From positions 1 to 64,000 of the forward strand of contig JAXGPF010000007.1 of the NCBI GenBank assembly GCA_040767085.1: a stretch of DNA of 64,000 bases, given 5' to 3'. Below, piece after piece: positions 31,258 through 40,606 of the stretch. The notes under the pieces are model-generated. The model made no database searches and had not been told where the DNA came from. It was given only the letters and a program-made list of their open reading frames with translations. Positions within the stretch are counted from its first letter, which is position 1. The number at the start of each line of letters is the position of its first letter. A program made the position numbers and the translations under genes. The DNA is from Kiritimatiellia bacterium. GTDB lineage: Bacteria; Verrucomicrobiota; Kiritimatiellia; JAAZAB01.

Positions 31258-32946
31258 TCAGCGGACACGCAGCATCGTGCCGGCATGCTGGTATTCCAAC
31301 GCGCCCATATCCACGATGACGTCGCTGATCCGCCGGTAGCCGTCCGCATCCCGGGGATAATCCTGCATCCAGGCCCGATAGACTCCCGCATTGACGCAGA
31401 GGGATGCTTTCTGCAAATGGTAGTCGCCGGCCGCCCAATTCACAAAGGCCGGGTCGCTCTCGATGTTGTTCGTGCCGGAGACCGTTCCGATGCCGCCGAT
31501 GCAGCAATTGGTGAACATTCTGGTTCCGCCGTCAATATAAAGATTGCTGGTGGCGGAATAGTTCCAGGACGTGTTGAAATAACTGATGGTATTCTCGCAA
31601 TACCCCGCATGATTCAGGAGATAAATGCCGCCGCCGCGGTTGGTGGCGGCGTTGTCCGCCACCGTGCAATTTTCCACCGCTCCCGAGTAAACCAGGAAAA
31701 TACCGCCCGCCACATTGGCGGCATTGCTGAAAACCAGGCTGTTGCGGATCAGGCCGCCCTGGTAGAGCGACACGCCGCCGCCCGCATTTGAAGAAAAATT
31801 ACCGCCAATCATGCAATTGGCGATAACGCCCACCCGCGAACAAGCCACGCCGCCCGCCTGCCGCTGCGAGACGCCGCCGTAGGCGCGGTTGCCGTAGATC
31901 ACGCAATTCGATATGCTCGCCAGCCCGTTCATCTGCGCGGGATAGCCGCTGTAATGCATGGTCATGATCCCGCCGCCGCCGCTCTGGGAAATATTGCCGA
32001 TGATCGCACAACGCTCCACCATGCCGGTATAGGCAATAAAAATCCCGCCGCCGCCATAACGCTCGTCGGCCGCATTGTTGGTCGCGGCATTGTAACCGAT
32101 GAGCGAATCCGCGACGCGGCTGGCCGGCCCGGATTCAGACAGATAAATCCCCCCGGCGGTGGCGCTCTGGTTGCTGTTGATGGCCGGGCATCCGGCGATC
32201 AGCGCGGCATTGCGGGCATAGATCCCGCCGCCCGCGGTGAGCGCCTGGTTGCCGTTGACCGTGCAAACCTGCGCCGTCGCGCTTTGGAGCCAGAGGCCGC
32301 CGCCCCACAAGGTGCTGGTGTTGTTCAAAATCACGCAATTGGAAACCGCGCCTCCGGATTCGGCGGCCACGCCCCCGCCAAAACCGGAGCCAGAAGCTAA
32401 AGTTACATTGCCGCTCACCAGGCAATCCGCCAGTTGCCCCAGGCAGTAAACGCCGCCGCCGTAAGTGTTGGCTTTGTTCAAGACGATGTCGCAGTTCCGC
32501 ACCAGGCCGCTATCGATATAAACACCGCCGCCCTTTTTGTCAGTGGCCATATAGCCGAAAGCGTATCCATTGCTGATGGTGAAGCCATCCAGCACACCGC
32601 CCGACTGGACCATCACACAGCGGTTGGAAACGGGCTTGCCGTCAAAATAATCGCCATTCAGCGATGTCTGCGCCCGGCCCACCAGGCTGGACACCACGAT
32701 TGCTTTGTTGATGATGATCTGATTGGTCAACCGGTAGTACCCGTTGGAAACCAGCACCAGGTCGTCAGGAGAGGCCGCGCCGATTGCGGCTTGAATATTC
32801 GTGGCGGCGTTTGACCAATTCGTAAAAGGCTCGTTGTGCCCGCCATCCAGCGAAACATACACCGTCGCGGCCGCAACCGGCCCCACGCCCGCCAGCACCG
32901 CAATCAATGCCAACGCCGCCCAACGCCAGACATACATTTGTCGCAT
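31258..32946 (-). CDS. Secreted beta-helix/GG-repeat protein with a choice-of-anchor-Q-like C-terminus; paralog of 23427-25079
   Basis: NWSNAATNIQAAI; GGG repeats; DYHLQKASLCVNAG...DMGALEY...GTMLRVR. Confidence 0.85.
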   Translation of the reverse strand: MRQMYVWRWAALALIAVLAGVGPVAAATVYVSLDGGHNEPFTNWSNAATNIQAAIGAASPDDLVLVSNGYYRLTNQIIINKAIVVSSLVGRAQTSLNGDYFDGKPVSNRCVMVQSGGVLDGFTISNGYAFGYMATDKKGGGVYIDSGLVRNCDIVLNKANTYGGGVYCLGQLADCLVSGNVTLASGSGFGGGVAAESGGAVSNCVILNNTSTLWGGGLWLQSATAQVCTVNGNQALTAGGGIYARNAALIAGCPAINSNQSATAGGIYLSESGPASRVADSLIGYNAATNNAADERYGGGGIFIAYTGMVERCAIIGNISQSGGGGIMTMHYSGYPAQMNGLASISNCVIYGNRAYGGVSQRQAGGVACSRVGVIANCMIGGNFSSNAGGGVSLYQGGLIRNSLVFSNAANVAGGIFLVYSGAVENCTVADNAATNRGGGIYLLNHAGYCENTISYFNTSWNYSATSNLYIDGGTRMFTNCCIGGIGTVSGTNNIESDPAFVNWAAGDYHLQKASLCVNAGVYRAWMQDYPRDADGYRRISDVIVDMGALEYQHAGTMLRVR

Positions 32947-32960
32947 TGCTCACTCCTTTT

Positions 32961-33134
32961 GATTCAATTTCAAAAGTCGCCCCCTGGCACCTTGCGTGGC
33001 AGGAACGAAAGGTTAAGCGAAAACACAAGGTGTTGTTTTTAAACAACATGTGGCGTTTTGCACAACCTTGGTCTCCAGTGGGCTTGTCCGCCGCAGGTGG
33101 AACAAGCCTGTCGGGGGACTTTTGAAATTGTCTC
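32961..33134. mobile_element. MITE-like element (174 bp) with 18-bp TIRs and CTTTT flanking direct repeats
   Basis: GATTCAATTTCAAAAGTC...GACTTTTGAAATTGTCTC; CTTTT at 32956-32960 and 33135-33139. Confidence 0.7.
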
Positions 33135-33164
33135 CTTTTTGTCTTGAATTTTTCCGCCCGCGGT

Positions 33165-36100
33165 TCAATCGCTTGCAAACACGCCGGGGGTGCTGCCTTC
33201 CTCGAACTGGATGGCATCCAGCCAGACAGATCCTGCAACATACGGATTGATCTTGAAGGCCAGCAGATTGCGCCGGCCCGGCCAGTCCGCCGGCAGCGTG
33301 CCAGTCACCCAGTAGCGCTGCCAGTCGGACGTCAATTTGAATTTACCGGGCCAGAGCCCCGCCACTTCAATCGTCTGACCCGGCTGGCTGGCGCGTGCGT
33401 AAAATGAAAGGACGTAGGGCTGGTTGGTGGCGCCGAGCGGACCGAAGAAACAATAGGCGCCGCTGGCGGCCGGGGCATCCATGCGCAAGGACACCCGGCC
33501 CTCCCAGGGATTGTTGGCATCCAATTCCCAGGCGCAGCCGGCCTGGCCGATCCGCGGCCCTTTGAACCAGCCTCGGATATAATCCGGCCAACCCGGCAAG
33601 GCGGCTTCTTCCAGGCCCGGATTGATAAACCAGTTGGTTTTGCCCGGCCGGCCCGCCGGATCGAATTCTTCCAAAATATTTTCCTGAGCGGGATGCGGCG
33701 TCATCGCCACCCGGATGGTGACAGCGGCGTCTTCGCCGGTGCGCCCGGCCGGCCGTGTTCCCAGGGCATACGCGCGCGTGCCGTAACCTTCCAGCCGGTC
33801 GGCGAAACTGCCGCCGGCCACGGCGTACACGTTGCTGGCGAACAGGCGGACCACGCGGCCCGTGGCGCCCAGGACGGACACATGAAAGACGGCCTCCACC
33901 GGCATATCCACGCTATTGGCGGCCAGCAGTACGTATCCGCCTTCCGGCGCCGCCAGCAGGCGCGCCTGCACTGGCGGGAAATCCGCCGGCGGATGATCCT
34001 CCGGCAGGGCATAGCTGACCGTCTGCGGCACATCCGGCGCGGTCAAGCCGGGCATCAATTCCCGCACCTCGCGCGCCATCTGCACCAGGCTGTCGAAACT
34101 CCATTGATGCTTGAAGGGGTAACAGAAATAAAACAAACCGCGTGCGCCGTGAATCAGCGCCAGGTAGGTCTGGCAGGCGTGTTCCCGGGGCAGGGCCACG
34201 CGCTTATGCACGGCGCCGGCAATTTCGCCGTTCAACACCACCGCGTTGGCTTTCCGCAGGCGCAGGCTGCGCCGGCGCAGGACATCCGTCCATTTGGCCA
34301 CGCGGTTGGGCGAGGAGTAAATGCCCTTCCGCTTGTGGCCGGGCGCCACGTAAATGTCGGCGGCCATAACATCGCACCACGCGGTATTTTCATCGCCTTC
34401 CTGGAATTTTTCATTGTAGAGCAGCAGGCAGGGATGATAGCCGTCGGCGGCATTCAGCGCGGCATAGGTCCGGCGGCCGGCCGGGTTCATGTCCAGGGTG
34501 GCGGTAAAGCATGGCTCGTCGTACAGGTAATAGCCCATGGCCGCCGGATGCTCGCGGATGACGGCGGCCTTGGCCAGCGCGTGCGGCAAATTGGTCCGGA
34601 TGAAATCGCCGTACAACCGCTCCCGTTCCGGCCGGGGCAAGGCGGCATCGCGCGTCAGTCCTCCCCGGTAGTTCAGTTCATTGCTTTCGAACAATTGATC
34701 GATATACGACAGCAGCGCCAGGCCATGGCGCTGCGCCATGTCCAGGTTATCACGCACGTCGTTGGTTGACAGGTGGCGGCCGGCCATCCAGGAGATGACC
34801 GCGTTGCAGCCGGCCGCGGCCAGTTCCTGCATCGCCGCCTCGTGCTCGGGTATGTGCTTCCAGCCGAAATACACGCCAAACGGGAAAAAAGGCCGGCCAT
34901 TGTTCAGCCAGCCGCCGTTGGCCTGGTCAATCTTCCATTCCCGGCCCGGGTGAGGCGCGCGCTTGACGATGACCGTTTCGCAGGCGGCCAGCAAATCCCC
35001 GCCCTCCGCCTGCGCGCATTCCACCCGCACCGTGTGCGTGCCCGCGGGCCAGGACTGCAAATCCACATCTACCGTGCCGCAACCGGCCAGCTTGGATGCG
35101 CCGGCCAGCGCGCGCCCGCCGGCGTCGCGCACCGCCAGCCTGATCCCCGCCAGATCGCCTGGCGGCAGGTTAACGGCATAATACAGCCGCGCCGCGGATT
35201 CCAGGGTATAATAATTCCGGTCCGGGTAAACCGTCAACACCTGCCAGTCGCCCGGGCGGCCGACCGCGACCGACTGCCAGACTTCATTCGTATCCGCCCC
35301 GTATAAAACCACGCGCGCTTCCCGGTTTTCCAGGCGGGCGACCGGCAGGCGCAATTCCAGGGCATTCGTCTCCCCGCCCCGCAAATCCACCGCGGCGCGC
35401 TCGACATGCGCGGGCGCGCCTGGCGGCTGGTCAACCAAGGCCAGTTCCGCCCGGCCCGCTGCCGGTCCGTAGGCCTGCATCTCCACGCGCACGCCATAGG
35501 CAAATGCCCGGCCATCGCGCGCATAACCCGTCATCACGGCGCGTTCCAGGCGGGGCAGGAAAGGCGCGCGGAAAGCCGCCGCGTCCAATCCCTGCACCGG
35601 CACGAACGCCGCGTGTTCCCGCCACCAGGCCGGGCCGGTCGGCGCCCACCCAAACACATGCCGGGTTTCGCCGACCTTGATATTGGCGGCATCGAGCATG
35701 GGCGCCAGCACATGGATCAACAGGTTGATCCGCGCCCGGGACAGATCGCCGGTTTCCGCGATCAGGCGGCAGGGCAAAGCCAGTTCGGCGGTCCACCCGT
35801 TGCTGCCGATCCGCGTGGCCGAACGCCAGGGGATGTTCCAGTCGTCGCGCGGCCCGTTGCGGTCCTGCCGCCGGTCGCCGCGGACATTATGCGCGCTCAA
35901 GCGGAACCAGTACCATAGTTTGCCATCCGTGCCCGGATCGAATGCCAGCTTGACGCAGTCTTCCCTTTGAACCGGGCCATCGTGCCGGTCTTCCCGGGGT
36001 AGAATCCATTGGGGGGCCGGATGCGCCACTTCGAAGGCCGCGTACAGCCATGCATCATCCCGCGCGATATACGCCCGGTGCGGATGCGGCAACGCCACGC

Positions 36101-36299
36101 GGCCGCCATCAAGCAGATGAAAATTCGTAACGCTGGCCGCCTGGACCCAACAGCCGTCATCCAGGCAGCCGTCCAGCACCGGGGGCGGACCATTCAGCGG
36201 CGCCCGTAGTGCCAGCGCCGGCGGCGCGGCCTCCGCCCAGCGGACAGCGGCGTATCCCAGGCCAATCAGCAGCCAACCGCAGCCCATCCATGCGCGCAT
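33165..36299 (-). CDS. Large secreted putative glycoside hydrolase: CBM9-like N-domain, probable TIM barrel, CBM4/9-like C-domain
   Basis: PVLDGCLDDGCW...DCVKLAFDP...WTAELALP; NGRPFFPFGVY; GYYLYDEP; YLALIHGARGLFYF; NWFINPGLEE...WLDAIQFEEG. Start MRAWMG with GGAG RBS. Confidence 0.75.
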   Translation of the reverse strand: MRAWMGCGWLLIGLGYAAVRWAEAAPPALALRAPLNGPPPVLDGCLDDGCWVQAASVTNFHLLDGGRVALPHPHRAYIARDDAWLYAAFEVAHPAPQWILPREDRHDGPVQREDCVKLAFDPGTDGKLWYWFRLSAHNVRGDRRQDRNGPRDDWNIPWRSATRIGSNGWTAELALPCRLIAETGDLSRARINLLIHVLAPMLDAANIKVGETRHVFGWAPTGPAWWREHAAFVPVQGLDAAAFRAPFLPRLERAVMTGYARDGRAFAYGVRVEMQAYGPAAGRAELALVDQPPGAPAHVERAAVDLRGGETNALELRLPVARLENREARVVLYGADTNEVWQSVAVGRPGDWQVLTVYPDRNYYTLESAARLYYAVNLPPGDLAGIRLAVRDAGGRALAGASKLAGCGTVDVDLQSWPAGTHTVRVECAQAEGGDLLAACETVIVKRAPHPGREWKIDQANGGWLNNGRPFFPFGVYFGWKHIPEHEAAMQELAAAGCNAVISWMAGRHLSTNDVRDNLDMAQRHGLALLSYIDQLFESNELNYRGGLTRDAALPRPERERLYGDFIRTNLPHALAKAAVIREHPAAMGYYLYDEPCFTATLDMNPAGRRTYAALNAADGYHPCLLLYNEKFQEGDENTAWCDVMAADIYVAPGHKRKGIYSSPNRVAKWTDVLRRRSLRLRKANAVVLNGEIAGAVHKRVALPREHACQTYLALIHGARGLFYFCYPFKHQWSFDSLVQMAREVRELMPGLTAPDVPQTVSYALPEDHPPADFPPVQARLLAAPEGGYVLLAANSVDMPVEAVFHVSVLGATGRVVRLFASNVYAVAGGSFADRLEGYGTRAYALGTRPAGRTGEDAAVTIRVAMTPHPAQENILEEFDPAGRPGKTNWFINPGLEEAALPGWPDYIRGWFKGPRIGQAGCAWELDANNPWEGRVSLRMDAPAASGAYCFFGPLGATNQPYVLSFYARASQPGQTIEVAGLWPGKFKLTSDWQRYWVTGTLPADWPGRRNLLAFKINPYVAGSVWLDAIQFEEGSTPGVFASD

Positions 36300-36543
36300 G
36301 ATGACACTCCGTGAACAGAACGGCCCCGGACCGGCGCCAGCCCGCAATTTGCCATGACGGCGGCAAGCGAACATTAACGCACGCGATACTATCCCGCCGC
36401 CGGCGCCGGCTGTCAACTGCGCAATCCGCGGCAGGCTGCCAGAGCGGCTCAATTAATTTCTTGATATATAATGCTGCAAAGTTTTCAAGCTTATGTTAGA
36501 TTTGAGCCACTTTTTCAACCAGTGACCGAGGAGGACTGTCTCC

Positions 36544-37611
36544 ATGGCGCGCAACCAGGGCGAACCGCACTACCGCCGCATCATGGCGGCGTTGTTGACC
36601 CGCTGTAATCAGCCGGCGCTGAAAGGCGAACGCCTGCTGTCCGAACGGGCGCTGGCCGCGCGCTTCCACGTTGCGCGCAATACGGCGGCGCGCGCGCTCC
36701 GCGAGTTGTGCGAACGGGGATACCTGCACCGGCGGCGGGGGGCTGGCACCTTCCGCGCGCGCGCCATTTGCCCGGCGATCCTGGCCTGGGGGTACCATGT
36801 TTCCCGCCCGCCCTTCAACGTTTTGTTCGAATGCCTGCAATACGCGCTGGCGCGCGAGGGGTATAGTCTGGCCATCCGCGATTTCGGGGTGGACGGCGGC
36901 AAAATGCCGGACCTCATCCGTGATCCCATCCTGCCAAGGGCCAGGGCAATTTTCTGGCTGGCGCCCAGCTACCCGGCGGCGCTGGCCGCCGCCGCCGAAC
37001 AGTGCCAGAAACTGCCGGCGGAACTGCCGCTGGTGCTGGTCAACGACCTGATGGGAGTGGAACTGCACGGCCGGCAGCGCGTGGACCTGGTCCACTTCGA
37101 TTATGCCGAGGCCGCCCGGCAACTGGTCGGACACCTGGCGGCAGCGGGCTGCCGCCACCCGCTGCTGATCCGCCGCACCTACCTGGACGCGCGGTACGCC
37201 AGCGAGCAAATCCGTGTCGGTTGGACCGCCGCGTTGGCGGAGCGGGGCCTGCCGGATGCGGAAGCCCATGTGGTCAACTGGAATCCGGAAACGCCCGGCG
37301 GACTGGGCGCCCTGCTCTATCCGCCGCCGGCCGCGCGCGGATGGCAGCCGGATGCCATCCTCCTGCCATGGGCATTCAATGCCGCCTTCCTGCGGCATTG
37401 CCGGGCGCAAGGAAATCCCATCCCGAAAACCATGCCGGTCATCGGATTCGGCCAGAACAAAGGCCGATTCCGCTTACCCATGAATTACCGCCGGCTGGCC
37501 GAGATGTGCGCGGAACTGCTGGTTTCACGCCTGCGCCAGCCCGCGCGCGGCAACTGGCATGCGCTCGTTCCCCTGCCGGTCATAACCTCCCGGACCGGCG
37601 CAGCGCAATAA
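36544..37611 (+). CDS. GntR-family regulator with a periplasmic-binding-like effector domain
   Basis: GERLLSERALAARFHVARNTAARAL.EL...GYL.RRRGAGTF; GGAGGA RBS. Confidence 0.85.
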   Translation: MARNQGEPHYRRIMAALLTRCNQPALKGERLLSERALAARFHVARNTAARALRELCERGYLHRRRGAGTFRARAICPAILAWGYHVSRPPFNVLFECLQYALAREGYSLAIRDFGVDGGKMPDLIRDPILPRARAIFWLAPSYPAALAAAAEQCQKLPAELPLVLVNDLMGVELHGRQRVDLVHFDYAEAARQLVGHLAAAGCRHPLLIRRTYLDARYASEQIRVGWTAALAERGLPDAEAHVVNWNPETPGGLGALLYPPPAARGWQPDAILLPWAFNAAFLRHCRAQGNPIPKTMPVIGFGQNKGRFRLPMNYRRLAEMCAELLVSRLRQPARGNWHALVPLPVITSRTGAAQ

Positions 37612-37680
37612 CCAGCCTACGCGCCGCCGCTGACCGGCCGCACGGGTTAAGATTGATTCTCGCACGCGCCGTCCGCCAGG

Positions 37681-38727
37681 TCAGTGGCGCATTGCCAGCA
37701 CCACGCCCAACGTCCGGTCGGGATGGTCAAGCAGCATGTCTGCCGCCTGCCCCACCTGTTCCAACGGCAGCCGGTGTGTGATCATCGGCTCCACCAGCAG
37801 GCGTTTCTCCGTCATGAGCGCCGTAATCTCGCGCAAATTGCGCTGGGTGGTGAACTGGACGAAGGCCGCCGGGTAATCCCGGCCATATTCATAGGCCTCA
37901 TCATGATAGCCCGGGCCCGTCCGGGCGGAGGAAAGCACATCCAGGTTGCCCATGCCGGCGCCGCCCCGGACCGCAAACGTGCACCCGCCCACCAGGATCA
38001 CCCGGCCCATGCGGTGGCCGTCGGCGGAAAGTTTCATGCATTTGTAAAGCGACTCGAACGCCTTGGTGGCATCGCCGCCGAACGCCATGATGCCGAAATC
38101 CAGGCCATAGGGCGCGGCAAATTCCTCCGTCAGTTTCTGGGCGTCAGCGCGCGTAAAATTCACGCATTGGCGGATGCCGCAACGCCGCGCGGTGTCAATC
38201 CGGAAATCCAGGGCTTCCCAGGCCATCACCCGCGCGCCGCTCAACTGCGCCAGTTGCGCGGCCAGGTTGCCGACGATGCCCAGGCCCAGCACCGCGCCGA
38301 ACTCGCCCAATTCCGGCCGCGCGCGGCGGACTGACTGCAATGCCGTCGCGCCCAGGCAGGCGAAGCACGCCTGCTCGTAAGGCAGATCGTCGGCAATCGG
38401 ACAGAGCATGTTGACCGGCACGCAACTGTAATTGGCATGCTGGGCATGCCCGCCCATGGCGGCCACGCGCATGCCGGGGCGCAGGCGCGGAAAATCACCG
38501 CGCACTTCCAAAATTTCACCGGCGGCGGAATATCCGAAGACATATTCCTTGGCGTCCGGCGGCGGCTGCGTGCGGCGCTGTTTGACCCCGTTCATTTCCG
38601 TGCCGGGGCTGATCAGGGTGGCGTGGGTTTTGATCAGCGCCATCCCCTCCTTCAACTCCGGCAGGGGCTGCGTCCGCATTTCCACCCGCCCGTCCACCGT
38701 AATCACCGCGACTTGCCGTTCTTTCAT
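37681..38727 (-). CDS. MDR-superfamily (zinc-binding ADH-like) dehydrogenase
   Basis: ISPGTE, GYSAAG, GLGIVG, MITHRLP. Start MKERQ with AAGGAG RBS. Confidence 0.85.
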   Translation of the reverse strand: MKERQVAVITVDGRVEMRTQPLPELKEGMALIKTHATLISPGTEMNGVKQRRTQPPPDAKEYVFGYSAAGEILEVRGDFPRLRPGMRVAAMGGHAQHANYSCVPVNMLCPIADDLPYEQACFACLGATALQSVRRARPELGEFGAVLGLGIVGNLAAQLAQLSGARVMAWEALDFRIDTARRCGIRQCVNFTRADAQKLTEEFAAPYGLDFGIMAFGGDATKAFESLYKCMKLSADGHRMGRVILVGGCTFAVRGGAGMGNLDVLSSARTGPGYHDEAYEYGRDYPAAFVQFTTQRNLREITALMTEKRLLVEPMITHRLPLEQVGQAADMLLDHPDRTLGVVLAMRH

Positions 38728-38833
38728 TGCTTTGCTGGCGCTCCTTGCATGATGGATGTATTCCGGTTTTTTGATTTTTGTGACCAATGCTTCCGGCCCG
38801 GCGGCGGCCGATACCCCGCCGGCGCCCGCAACC

Positions 38834-39946
38834 TCACGCGCCGTATTCCGCGGGATCAATCGCCACCGGCCGATTCTGCCGGATCGAATCGTAGGCCTTT
38901 AAAGCGCAGACCGTGGCGCGCGCGCCGTCCACGGCATTGATGCCGAAGCGCCGGCCTTCCACCACCGCCGCGGCGAATTCCGCCATGGCATGGGCATGCC
39001 CCTTGTCCAGCGACGGTGTGGGGAAGCTTTTGCCGCCCAGGTGAACTTCCGCGATGTCGTAATCCGGGCGGGCGGCGAATTCCTTGCGGTAAAATCCGGT
39101 CATGCTGTCCTCATCCGGCAGGATCTTGTTTTCGCCGGCGGGCGGGAACGTGCGGATGCAATTGCCGCCCGGGCCGTCCAGGCGGAGCTCGAAAAAGTTG
39201 TCCAGCACGAGCGTGCGGTTGTTGCAGAACGACTCTAAAAGTTCCTTGGGATAGAAGAGGCCGCCCTTGCCGCCGCAGAGCATCATGGCCAGCGAGCCGC
39301 CGGCATACTTGATGATGACGGCATTATCCGTTTCCAACGGGCCGGCGGCGAAAATCTCCACCGGCTCCTCGTCCAGGAACCAGGCCAGCAGGTCGAAGAT
39401 ATGGCAGCCTTCGGCCAGCAGGTGGCCGCCGCCGTCGTTCAGGTCGAAGACATAATGCGGGCGCACGCGATGGTCATCCACGATACGGTAGACGATGTTG
39501 GCGGCTTTCCCGGCCTTGTAACCTTGAAACAGGCGCCGGGCCTCCACCATGGCCGGTGCGAACCGGCGGTTGAATCCCACGCCCACGTTGATGTCCACCC
39601 CTTTGAGTACCGCCAGCACCTGCCGGGTTTCGTCGTAGGTCTGGGTCATGGGCTTTTCAACGTAGATATGTTTGCCGTAGCGGGCGGCCAGCTCGATAAA
39701 AGAGGCATGGCGCGCGCCGCGGGTGCCCACCAGCACGGCGTCAACTTCCGGATCGCGGAACACATCTTCCGCCTTGGTGGTGCAGCGCTCCGGCTGGTAT
39801 TCCCGGCGGCGCTGTTCCAGGAGTTCCTCGTTGACGTCGCAGAGGGTATGGATGCGGATATTGGGATTGCGGCGGATGTTGGGCAGATGCTGGCGGGCCA
39901 TGAAGGCCCCCACTCCGATGGCCCCGATATTAACAATACGGCTCAT
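38834..39946 (-). CDS. Gfo/Idh/MocA family oxidoreductase
   Basis: IGVGAF, HIYVEKPM, VGFNRRFAP, EGCHIFD, DKGH. Confidence 0.9.
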   Translation of the reverse strand: MSRIVNIGAIGVGAFMARQHLPNIRRNPNIRIHTLCDVNEELLEQRRREYQPERCTTKAEDVFRDPEVDAVLVGTRGARHASFIELAARYGKHIYVEKPMTQTYDETRQVLAVLKGVDINVGVGFNRRFAPAMVEARRLFQGYKAGKAANIVYRIVDDHRVRPHYVFDLNDGGGHLLAEGCHIFDLLAWFLDEEPVEIFAAGPLETDNAVIIKYAGGSLAMMLCGGKGGLFYPKELLESFCNNRTLVLDNFFELRLDGPGGNCIRTFPPAGENKILPDEDSMTGFYRKEFAARPDYDIAEVHLGGKSFPTPSLDKGHAHAMAEFAAAVVEGRRFGINAVDGARATVCALKAYDSIRQNRPVAIDPAEYGA

Positions 39947-40129
39947 GCAATCTGGCTCCTTTGATATTCCGGCATAGTTCAATCTTCAATCGCCGCCCGT
40001 GTCGCGGCAAACCGCTGAGTCTGGAAGCAAAGCCAAATATTTATCATATTTCATGGAGCATGCAACCAAAATGACATCAAAATGAACAGCCGATTTGAAG
40101 CCTTCCTTGCGGTGCCGATTCTGTTGGCA

Positions 40130-40443
40130 GCAATTCCTACACATGCCGCCACCTCGCGCAAACGAATCCGCACCCCGTTGGGCAATTCCACCTCAACCGG
40201 CGCCAACCCGCCTACCGCCATCTTGCACTTCGCGAATTTGAAGCCAATTTGGTGCTGGCTGCCGCCGGATACTTGCGGCGCCTTGCGGCACCATGTACTG
40301 AATGTGGTGGGGTGGATGCCGCGTTGGGAGCAAAACCGCGCCTAAGCAACTCCCGCCTCCCGCTATCCCCGCACCAGTCCCTGCCGTTGCGCCGCTGTCC
40401 GCAGCGCGCGGCCCCGTCTGTCTCCGCATTGTTTGGTCTTCAT
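40130..40443 (-). pseudogene. tnpA: Degenerate IS66-family TnpA
   Basis: Manual translation: MKTKQCG...QRQGLVRG*REAGVA*ARFCSQRGIHPTTFSTWCRK...APVEVELPNGVRIRL; two internal TAGs; no tnpB/tnpC follow. Confidence 0.7.
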
Positions 40444-40606
40444 GCCGCTGGTCTATCAAATCCCGGCGGCCCTGCATACGGGGTGCTCGGCCAAACCGCC
40501 CTACTTCTTTTTTGCAGGTACGTATTTGTAAACATTTGTCATCCCGCAGCGAATATCATAATTATAACCGCCGATCGAATATATCTCGTCGTTTAGCACA
40601 CCTAAT

